This document shows positions 9,151 to 15,913 of a DNA stretch of 64,000 nucleotides, piece after piece. Positions within the stretch are counted from its first letter, which is position 1, and every line of letters begins with the position of its first letter. The stretch lies in IMG/VR virus record IMGVR_UViG_3300025162_000016, positions 1 to 64,000 of that record. The stretch is one strand, 5' to 3'. A model generated the notes under the pieces. The model made no database searches. It saw nothing but the letters and a program-made list of their open reading frames with translations, and had not been told where the DNA came from. The position numbers and the translations under genes were made by a program.

Positions 9151-9612
9151 TAACTGGTCTGTTCCAGCACTTCACCTACTGGTGCGGCGGTTGGGCATGC
9201 CGACAACAAGCGGAGGTGATATAGTAACTGGTCTGTTCCAGCACTTCACCCAAAGCAAGATTTTTATTCGCTAAAGAACAGTGTGGAGGTGATATAGTAA
9301 CTGGTCTGTTCCAGCACTTCACCCTAATATGGGCGGTCCCGCTGGGGTATCCTATGGGGTGATATAGTAACTGGTCTGTTCCAGCACTTCACCCTAATTG
9401 CATTTCCTTTTTCTCGGTATCGAACCTACGGTGATATAGTAACTGGTCTGTTCCAGCACTTCACCCATCTATGAAAGAACGCATAGTAATGAAGTTAGCG
9501 AAAGGTGATATAGTAACTGGTCTGTTCCAGCACTTCACCACGGCGTGCGCCATTTAAGGAATCCCTTAGTTTCGCCGGTGATATAGTAACTGGTCTGTTC
9601 CAGCACTTCACC
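9141..9612 (-). CRISPR. CRISPR array: 7 repeats of 36 bp, 6 spacers of 34-38 bp; no cas gene in window
   Basis: Repeat (minus strand) GGTGAAGTGCTGGAACAGACCAGTTACTATATCACC at 9141 (2 mismatches), 9215, 9288, 9358, 9430, 9504, 9577; spacers 38, 37, 34, 36, 38, 37 bp; degenerate repeat at left and promoter at right give minus orientation. Confidence 0.97.
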
Positions 9613-9668
9613 TGTGTCCCTCGTAACTATCGTATTATCAAAGAACTATGTATCAATTTGCGAGCGGT

Positions 9669-9697
9669 AGTGTATTCTATCGCCCTCGATTTGTCAA
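9669..9697 (-). promoter_or_regulatory. Array leader promoter
   Basis: Minus strand TTGACA-N17-TACACT; predicted +1 near 9662, about 50 nt before the first repeat. Confidence 0.8.
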
Positions 9698-9858
9698 CAT
9701 CAAATATCATATTTCGTAAGTTCCACATTATCAGCGAGTTACAAGTTGCGAGCGGCTATGGTATATTTGACACCACCTAACCGCTCGCAAATTAACATAA
9801 AAGTCTCATATGAGAAATCCAAAAATTGTAGACGTTTTATTTTAACCGGCATATATAT

Positions 9859-10320
9859 ATGCAGATGATTAAACTAAAAAAACTTATCGAGACCCGAGGT
9901 CTGGAAACGCAGAATGATTATTCTCGGCAAGAAAGCATTGAACTCACTGGACCTGAAGAAACCGATATTGATTATTATGACGATTTAAATAGAATGGAAA
10001 AAGAATCTGGAATTAATATTCTCAGTAACAAAGAATTGAATACTTTAGCGGTTCAAGACGAAAAGCTGGTCGGAGCCCTCTATGTTTCGATGCAGAATGA
10101 CGAATTTTCCTTTGATGTTATTGTCGATAAATTAGCTAGAGGACAAGGAATTGGAGCTAAACTTATTGATACCGCCCTTTCGCAATATCGAGAGATGAAA
10201 AATGATATGAGATTAACGTTGAAATTAGATGTGGTCAATCAATGGGTCGAAAAATATCTTCTAAAAAAAGGACTAAAAATTGTGGGAAAATACGGTACTC
10301 ATACAATAATGACAATTTAA
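9859..10320 (+). CDS. GNAT-family acetyltransferase with MIKLKKLIE tag
   Basis: VDKLARGQGIGAKLI acetyl-CoA binding motif; likely start 9865. Confidence 0.75.
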   Translation: MQMIKLKKLIETRGLETQNDYSRQESIELTGPEETDIDYYDDLNRMEKESGINILSNKELNTLAVQDEKLVGALYVSMQNDEFSFDVIVDKLARGQGIGAKLIDTALSQYREMKNDMRLTLKLDVVNQWVEKYLLKKGLKIVGKYGTHTIMTI

Positions 10321-10435
10321 TTTTTCTTGTTATTTGTAGTTGACAGAAACGACAATGTGTGTTATCAATAAAAAAAGTTTAATTGTTCCTCGTGGAACAT
10401 CTCCACGAGGAATCATATGATATATATTATAACAT

Positions 10436-10981
10436 ATGATTAGATTAAAAAATATAGTAAATGGAATATTAGCCGAGGAGGAAAAAAGTTCGGAGGATAC
10501 GGTTGCGAATAATAAAGGATATAATATAAAAAATATTTATCATGGTACAACCGAGAAATTTAATGTATTCAAGTTTGATACATTAAAAAATGTAAAAGCA
10601 TCCGATACAGATAAGGTTATATATGCTACAGATTCCGAGGAAGAAGCTAAAATCGCCGGTAGTCCTGATAGCAGTCGATCTAAGGTGATGAAATTATATG
10701 GGAAATTAAAAAATCCTATGGTGGTTGATGCTAAAGGTACAGAAAAAAATAAAAGTTTTGGAACAATTGGTTATAAAAAATTAATACAAATGGCTAAAAG
10801 TAGGAATCATGACGGTGCCATTATAAAAAATGTTATCGATTTTGGTAATACTCCACAGACGACATACATATTTTTTGATACAAAGGCAGTTAAACTCGCC
10901 GGAGAAACTAAAGATAATAGCGGCAATTTAATTCCTTTATCACAGCGATTTAATTCAACCGTAGATGATTTGCGGTTTTGA
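10436..10981 (+). CDS. ADP-ribosyltransferase-like protein (ART of polyvalent-protein type)
   Basis: IYHGT..FNVF, Y.T, LKNP and HDGAII motifs; paralogue of 30841..31380. Confidence 0.55.
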   Translation: MIRLKNIVNGILAEEEKSSEDTVANNKGYNIKNIYHGTTEKFNVFKFDTLKNVKASDTDKVIYATDSEEEAKIAGSPDSSRSKVMKLYGKLKNPMVVDAKGTEKNKSFGTIGYKKLIQMAKSRNHDGAIIKNVIDFGNTPQTTYIFFDTKAVKLAGETKDNSGNLIPLSQRFNSTVDDLRF

Positions 10982-10982
10982 A

Positions 10983-11010
10983 TTGACATTTAGGAAGAAT
11001 GTGATAGTCT
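10983..11010 (+). promoter_or_regulatory. sigma70-type promoter at the IS607 left junction
   Basis: TTGACA-N16-TAGTCT with TG extended -10. Confidence 0.6.
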
Positions 11011-11079
11011 ATTAAACATTTTAAGAGAAATATAGAAAAATATTGTAATTTGCGGAAAGTTGGTTATATTTATAACCAT

Positions 11080-11649
11080 ATGAAACTATCGAAATGGGCA
11101 AAATTGCAAGGAATAAGTTACAGAACAGCATGGTCTTGGTTTAAGAATAACACATTGCCTATTAAATCTTATCAAACTCCAACTGGAACTATTATAGTAG
11201 ATGACTCGTTGGATGTCAAAGAAAATAATAATGAAGTTGATATTTACTGTAGAGTTAGTTCCTCTAATAAAAAATTGGACTTAGACAATCAACTTAAATT
11301 ATGTGAAGAATATTGTATTTCTAATGGATACAAAATTAGAAAATCACTAAAAGAAATTGCATCGGGAATGAATGATAATCGACCAAGATTGAATTTAATT
11401 TTGGACAATCCATCAAATAAATTAGTAGTCCTTTATAAAGACAGATTAACAAGATTTGGATTTAATTATATAGAAAAACTATTAAAATCAAAAAAGTGTG
11501 AGTTGATAGTAATAAATCAAAACAAAACTGAGGAAGAGGACTTATTAAAAGACTTCATTGCTATTATTACATCGTTCTGTTGTAGAATGTATGGTGCGAG
11601 AAGAGGACAATCAAAAGCATTACGTATGAAACAGGAATTGAAAACATGA
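11080..11649 (+). CDS. tnpA: IS607 transposase (MerR-like HTH plus serine recombinase)
   Basis: MKLSKWAK..GISYRTAW HTH; YCRVSS; KDRLTRFGF. Confidence 0.93.
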   Translation: MKLSKWAKLQGISYRTAWSWFKNNTLPIKSYQTPTGTIIVDDSLDVKENNNEVDIYCRVSSSNKKLDLDNQLKLCEEYCISNGYKIRKSLKEIASGMNDNRPRLNLILDNPSNKLVVLYKDRLTRFGFNYIEKLLKSKKCELIVINQNKTEEEDLLKDFIAIITSFCCRMYGARRGQSKALRMKQELKT

Positions 11650-12890
11650 TTAGGAGTTCCAAACATTCTACAAAATTTACAAATCTTCGGAAAATGAAGA
11701 CATTGGCGTTGTTTATCTCGGAATATAGAAAAATAGGACAAGAAATTGTTGACATAATATGGAATAATGGATATGAAGAATTTAATATTCAGGAGGATAA
11801 ACTAAATTGTCCGAAATATCTCGATTATAAAAAATTCAACATAAATACATCCTTATCGGCTCGGGCATTAAGTTCTTTGGTTACACAGATATGTTTTAGT
11901 TTATCATCGGCAACAAAAAAACGAAAACAAATATTATATGCAAAGAATAAATTAATATCTGAAGGAAAGCCGCTTGGTAGAATTGATAAGATTCTCGATA
12001 AATATAAATTAATTAAACCAAATTTTTCAAACATCAATCCAGAATTGAGTTCAAAATGTTGCGATATTAAGGATGGAAATTCTTTTAATTATTTTTTAAG
12101 AATAAAATCAATAGGAAAAATATACGGATGTATTAAAATACCTATAAAAAATACAAAAGTATCATTAAAATGGTTAAAAAATGGAAAATTATTAAATTCA
12201 TTTTCTATTGGTCAGCAATATATTTCCCTACGATTTAATATTACAAATAAAAATGTAAATGTTGGAACTAAAATAATTGGAATTGATCAAGGACTGAAAG
12301 ATGTCGCAACATTATCAGACCATCAAATAACACCAAAATATGATATTCACGGGCATTCACTTGAATCAATTATAAATACGATATCAAAGAAGAAACGAGG
12401 TTCAGATGCATTTATTAAATCGCAGGAACATAGAAAAAATTTTATTAATTGGGCAATTAACCAATTAAATTTTAATGACGCCAAAGAAATTCGATTGGAA
12501 AAAATATGGAATATAGGATATAAACGGCGTACATCAAGAAGACTTTCACACTGGACGAATACGTTGATACGAGATAAGATTAAACGGAAATGCGAAGAGC
12601 TGGAGGTTCCAGTTATCGAGCAAGATTCCTCTTATCGCTCTCAACGATGTTCTTGTTGCGGATTAGTACGAAAGGCCAATAGAAATGGTAAAATATATAA
12701 ATGTAAAACTTGTAAATTTGAATCAGATGCTGATTATAATGCAAGTTTAAATCATATTGTAGATTTACCCGAAATCAGTTGGCAGTTTCGCAATCAACGA
12801 AATAATCTAAAATGTGGTTTTTACTGGAAGCCAAGTGGATTATTTAGTATTGATGGAGTGGAGCTTAGAGTCCCACTTTCTACCGATTAA
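11646..12890 (+). CDS. tnpB: IS607-associated TnpB nuclease, RuvC triad intact
   Basis: IGIDQG, IRLEKI, DADYNAS; CSCC/CKTC zinc finger. Confidence 0.88.
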   Translation: MIRSSKHSTKFTNLRKMKTLALFISEYRKIGQEIVDIIWNNGYEEFNIQEDKLNCPKYLDYKKFNINTSLSARALSSLVTQICFSLSSATKKRKQILYAKNKLISEGKPLGRIDKILDKYKLIKPNFSNINPELSSKCCDIKDGNSFNYFLRIKSIGKIYGCIKIPIKNTKVSLKWLKNGKLLNSFSIGQQYISLRFNITNKNVNVGTKIIGIDQGLKDVATLSDHQITPKYDIHGHSLESIINTISKKKRGSDAFIKSQEHRKNFINWAINQLNFNDAKEIRLEKIWNIGYKRRTSRRLSHWTNTLIRDKIKRKCEELEVPVIEQDSSYRSQRCSCCGLVRKANRNGKIYKCKTCKFESDADYNASLNHIVDLPEISWQFRNQRNNLKCGFYWKPSGLFSIDGVELRVPLSTD

Positions 12891-12986
12891 GATAATTTTC
12901 TATATTTTATCTAACTCTATTAAACAATGAATAAACTAACAGAAAAATCATGATATTAACAATAGTTAGACACCAACTATACACAT

Positions 12987-13022
12987 GGTGAAGTGCTGGA
13001 ACAGACCAGTCACTATATCACC
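12987..13022 (+). CRISPR. Solitary CRISPR repeat, inverted relative to the array
   Basis: GGTGAAGTGCTGGAACAGACCAGTCACTATATCACC; 35/36 identical to the array repeat. Confidence 0.95.
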
Positions 13023-13092
13023 AACGCATCCAGATTGTAAAAAAATGAGAGAATCGTTAGTAAACAAATAAACAAATAAAAAAATATAAATT

Positions 13093-13251
13093 ATGGGAAA
13101 TTCAAGAACAATAAAAAGAAGTATCGCCCGAAACCCAGAACGAGTATGGGTGGCTAAACAAACAGCAGCTAAACAAGAAGAAGATCGTCTTAATTCATTG
13201 AAGTCGAAGAATAACGTGGAATCTAAAGAAATATCCAAAGATTCTCTTTGA
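13093..13251 (+). CDS. Small basic hypothetical protein (52 aa)
   Basis: Open frame MGNSRTIKR..KDSL with AT-rich upstream region. Confidence 0.45.
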   Translation: MGNSRTIKRSIARNPERVWVAKQTAAKQEEDRLNSLKSKNNVESKEISKDSL

Positions 13252-13291
13252 TTTTTCAGAAAAATCAATATAGTTATACATGGTTAAAAGT

Positions 13292-13370
13292 GCGAACGTG
13301 GTACAGTGGCCGACTACGCCTTCTCTACACGGAGGAATCATCGCAGGTTCGAATCCTGCCGTTCGCACCA
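13292..13370 (+). tRNA. tRNA-Val(UAC) with atypical C33 and 7-nt variable region
   Basis: Acceptor GCGAACG/CGTTCGC-A-CCA; anticodon stem CCTTC/GGAGG, loop TCTACAC; T arm GCAGG-TTCGAAT-CCTGC. Confidence 0.8.
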
Positions 13371-13380
13371 GCTTAGTTGT

Positions 13381-13454
13381 CGGTTATAGGTGTTGCGGAA
13401 GCATACAAGTTTTGGGAACTTGTGGGGAGCGTTCAACTCGCTCATAGCCGACCA
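13381..13454 (+). tRNA. tRNA-Pro(UGG)
   Basis: CGGTTAT/ATAGCCG-A-CCA; CAAGT-TTTGGGA-ACTTG; GAGCG-TTCAACT-CGCTC. Confidence 0.9.
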
Positions 13455-13464
13455 AATTTTTGAT

Positions 13465-13535
13465 ATAGTTATCTTATAACGGTAATACGCTAGTTTTGCA
13501 GACTAGAAATCGGGGTTCGGCTCCACGGAATTTAA
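13465..13535 (+). pseudogene. Degenerate tRNA (anticodon TGC, Ala-like)
   Basis: Intact anticodon arm CTAGT-TTTGCAG-ACTAG and GGTTCG T loop, but no acceptor stem or CCA. Confidence 0.5.
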
Positions 13536-13537
13536 AT

Positions 13538-13609
13538 TGCAGTAAGGTGTAAGAGTGCATGTGACTCTCATAAGGTCACGGGCCGGTGCGAATCCGGAAT
13601 CTGCATCCA
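13538..13609 (+). tRNA. tRNA with CAU anticodon (Met or Ile2), partly mismatched stems
   Basis: TGACT-CTCATAA-GGTCA arm; TGCAG/CTGCA acceptor with 2 inner mismatches; T loop TGCGAAT; CCA end. Confidence 0.6.
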
Positions 13610-13655
13610 ATTTTGCTAAACAGCAAATATAAATAAAAAAATAGAAGTTAAAAAT

Positions 13656-14198
13656 ATGAAAAAAATGTTAAATTTGGTAGCGGTTATTGGACTTATTACA
13701 ATGTTGGGCACGGGTTGTTCTACTATTAAAACGTTGACACCGGCACAAGTGTCAATTGGAATTCAACAGACGGCTCAAATTGGTGCAACATATGCTATTC
13801 GACAAAATACCAACAATGTTAAATATTTTGTTTTAGCAGACGCAGCATTGAGTACATTTGTTTTAGGAACGGATCTGTCTCCCGCCTCATTTCAATCGGC
13901 ATTGGCAAATGTCGGATTACAGGATCAGTGGGCACAACTTGCGGTTAGTGCAGTCATTATTGCATATACCGCAACTTATAATCAATATGTCATAAATCAG
14001 GTCAATTCTAATGCGATGGCTAAAGAGTTTTTATTGGCGGTTGATAATGGATTTAAAGTAGCATTGGGAAAACCAGTTGTTCCGATGGTTCCCATTGCGC
14101 TAAAAGGCGAAAGAACGGGAGCAGTTCCTTACTTCCTTAAAGATGGGAAGATAGATAAGAATGCGATTTACACAAAAGTTTTAGTTACTAAAAGATAA
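13656..14198 (+). CDS. Lipoprotein of unknown function
   Basis: Lipobox LGTGC. Confidence 0.7.
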   Translation: MKKMLNLVAVIGLITMLGTGCSTIKTLTPAQVSIGIQQTAQIGATYAIRQNTNNVKYFVLADAALSTFVLGTDLSPASFQSALANVGLQDQWAQLAVSAVIIAYTATYNQYVINQVNSNAMAKEFLLAVDNGFKVALGKPVVPMVPIALKGERTGAVPYFLKDGKIDKNAIYTKVLVTKR

Positions 14199-14215
14199 TC
14201 TTTTCTTAATCTCAG

Positions 14216-14250
14216 ACCCCCGATCCGTCAAAAAGATCGGGGAGTTTTCA
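14216..14250 (+). terminator. Terminator-like hairpin
   Basis: CCCCGATC/GATCGGGG stem followed by T-rich sequence; boundaries approximate. Confidence 0.55.
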
Positions 14251-14292
14251 CTTCTTCGTTCTATTTATAAAGGAATACGGCGGTTTCATTTT

Positions 14293-14430
14293 ATGAAAAA
14301 ATTATTGAATATATTCTTTTTATTTCTATTTATAATTTTATTTGTTGGGTGTTTATCGGCGGGAAAAGGATTATCAAACACGGAGGTTGAATTGATGCGA
14401 GTCAATCCACATATACCAATCAATAATTAA
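14293..14430 (+). CDS. Small lipoprotein (45 aa)
   Basis: MKKLLNIFFLFLFIILFVGC lipobox. Confidence 0.5.
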   Translation: MKKLLNIFFLFLFIILFVGCLSAGKGLSNTEVELMRVNPHIPINN

Positions 14431-14443
14431 AATATAATATCAT

Positions 14444-14731
14444 ATGAACGCCGATTCCGTAATTGTTTATGCGAAATTATTTTGTATATTTGGTGGTACA
14501 AGTTTGTTATGTCTTCAAACTGGGCTTTCGCAATGGTCAAACGAGGCGGCAACGCCGTCTAAGGTTCAGTGGATAATGATTTTAGGAGGAAGTTTAGGAG
14601 CTGGATTAATGGCAACTGGCGGATTTTTATCTAATGATTATGGGAACTATAGAAAATCGCAGAATGACATTAATAGCAATAGAAGAATGTCTTTAGTTAT
14701 TCGGAAAAAAAGAGATATGGAAAAATCATAA
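14444..14731 (+). CDS. Small membrane protein (holin-like, two hydrophobic segments)
   Basis: Two hydrophobic stretches and a basic C-terminus; the holin role is inference. Confidence 0.45.
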   Translation: MNADSVIVYAKLFCIFGGTSLLCLQTGLSQWSNEAATPSKVQWIMILGGSLGAGLMATGGFLSNDYGNYRKSQNDINSNRRMSLVIRKKRDMEKS

Positions 14732-14772
14732 TAAGTTCATTGACTTTTCATTGGACATATGATATATATGTT

Positions 14773-14932
14773 AGAGTTAAGTGCGGACAGGTGATCCCCG
14801 CAATGATACGGGGCAGTCATAGATAATAATGTAAGTTGTTAAGTTCAACCGAAGACTATGATAGGAGTCGTCACCGTAATAATAATGGCGGCTTTGATGA
14901 TGAGACAAGATTTTCATCTTACACTTAACTTT
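14773..14932 (+). ncRNA. Unclassified structured RNA of about 160 nt
   Basis: Closing stem AGTTAAGTG(14775)/CACTTAACT(14922); internal CCCCG/CGGGG, GTCATAG/CTATGAT, GTTG/CAAC and GATGA/TCATC stems; TTGACT promoter at 14740. Confidence 0.55.
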
Positions 14933-14936
14933 TTGT

Positions 14937-15022
14937 GGATAGTAAACTGTGACGGCTCACAGGATAGTCTTGAAAACTATAATGCCGAGAGGCATCTGGA
15001 TCGACACCAGTACTATCCTCCA
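14937..15022 (+). tRNA. tRNA-Ser(UGA) with non-canonical 8/4 acceptor/T-stem architecture
   Basis: 8-bp GGATAGTA/TACTATCC; 6-bp D stem CTGTGA/TCACAG; ATAGT-CTTGAAA-ACTAT; long V arm ATGCC-GAGA-GGCAT; 4-bp T stem CTGG/CCAG; T-CCA end. Confidence 0.85.
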
Positions 15023-15062
15023 ATTTCATTTCGGTGATAGTAAATTAAAAAAAAAACTATAA

Positions 15063-15182
15063 ATGAAATATAACCGCATTGTAATTTGGTGTGATGAATG
15101 TGATACACATCTCATCGAACCGGGTAAGAAATGTCCTAAATGTGGTCATAAGAAGGGTGATCCTAAGCGATTTAAAAAATGA
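15063..15182 (+). CDS. Small zinc-ribbon protein (39 aa)
   Basis: CDEC..CPKC. Confidence 0.55.
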   Translation: MKYNRIVIWCDECDTHLIEPGKKCPKCGHKKGDPKRFKK

Positions 15183-15856
15183 GTCATATTAAATTAAAAC
15201 ATCTTATTGAAGAGGGGTGGAGAAATAAACTCGGTGCATTGGGATTAGCGGGATCGCTATTAACTTCACCTGCATCTGCATCGCCGACCACAGGAGCACA
15301 GCATACCCATAATAAACCTGCAATAAAAAAACAAATTACAAAAGCAGTTCCTAATAAATCCGGTAAACCACCTATTGGAAAATCTAAACAGAACGTTGCT
15401 ACAAAAAAGGTTTCTAACAAAACGTCTGGTAATCCGCTTGCAGGTAAGCCGAAGCACGGTTTGGGTACAAAAGGTATCCGTAATAATAATCCCGGCAATA
15501 TTAAAAAGACAACCATTCCTTGGAAAGGAGTAGTAGGAACAGATGAAGAATTTCTTAAATTCGCAACACCGGAAGATGGTATTCGGGCAATTTCACGAAT
15601 TTTAAAAGTATATGTTACTAAATATAATTTAAATACTCCCTCACAAATTATGTCTCGCTGGGCTCCTCCAATTGAAAATCCTACTAAAAATTACATTGGG
15701 TTTGTTGCAGATAAGCTCGGAAAAAAACCAAATGATAAAATTGATATAACTAATGAAAATGAGTTTTCTAAATTAATTTCGGCTATTATTTCATTTGAAT
15801 GTGGTAGTATGCCATATGATAATGATACTATTAAACGAGGAATCAAAAAAGCATAA
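15179..15856 (+). CDS. Virion protein with lysozyme-like C-terminal domain (RNNNPGN family)
   Basis: GIRNNNPGNI, F.TPEDGIRA, RWAPP.EN motifs; N-terminal IKLKHLIEE tag. Confidence 0.55.
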   Translation: MSHIKLKHLIEEGWRNKLGALGLAGSLLTSPASASPTTGAQHTHNKPAIKKQITKAVPNKSGKPPIGKSKQNVATKKVSNKTSGNPLAGKPKHGLGTKGIRNNNPGNIKKTTIPWKGVVGTDEEFLKFATPEDGIRAISRILKVYVTKYNLNTPSQIMSRWAPPIENPTKNYIGFVADKLGKKPNDKIDITNENEFSKLISAIISFECGSMPYDNDTIKRGIKKA

Positions 15857-15913
15857 TCGGCTCTTGACATTTCACCCGACATCTGATATGTTATAAACAC
15901 AATAGAAAACATT

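Larger units (their letters stand above)
11008..12926 (+). mobile_element. IS607-family element (tnpA serine recombinase plus tnpB)
   Basis: Overlapping tnpA/tnpB; AAATATAGAAAA at 11028 and inverted at 12896-12907; 11-bp direct repeat TCTATTAAACA at 11008 and 12916. Confidence 0.85.

Noticed and set aside
9141-9612. TIGR-like or other non-CRISPR tandem array
   Set aside because: A single 36-bp repeat alternates with unique 34-38 bp spacers, with leader and degenerate terminal repeat. There is no dual-repeat or box C/D pattern.
9865-9879. Mini-element guide matching ATGATTAAACTAAAA at the GNAT start as a self-target
   Set aside because: The TAM-proximal 5 nt mismatch (TAAAT vs TGCAG). The match reflects the shared MIKLK coding tag.
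7596-12890. Calling the TnpBs near the array Cas12f/Cas14 outright
   Set aside because: Both retain transposon context (IS605 end hairpins; IS607 tnpA), so they are annotated as TnpB. The CRISPR link is kept only as a hypothesis.
13319-13335. Reading the 13292 tRNA as an amber suppressor (CTA) implying stop-codon recoding
   Set aside because: The anticodon stem only pairs with TAC centred in the loop. TAG terminates normal-length genes (9150, 23566, 56876), and long ORFs are intact under the standard code.
13371-15062. Theta/HDV-like ribozymes downstream of tRNAs
   Set aside because: The trailers are short and AT-rich, with no nested pseudoknot pattern visible.
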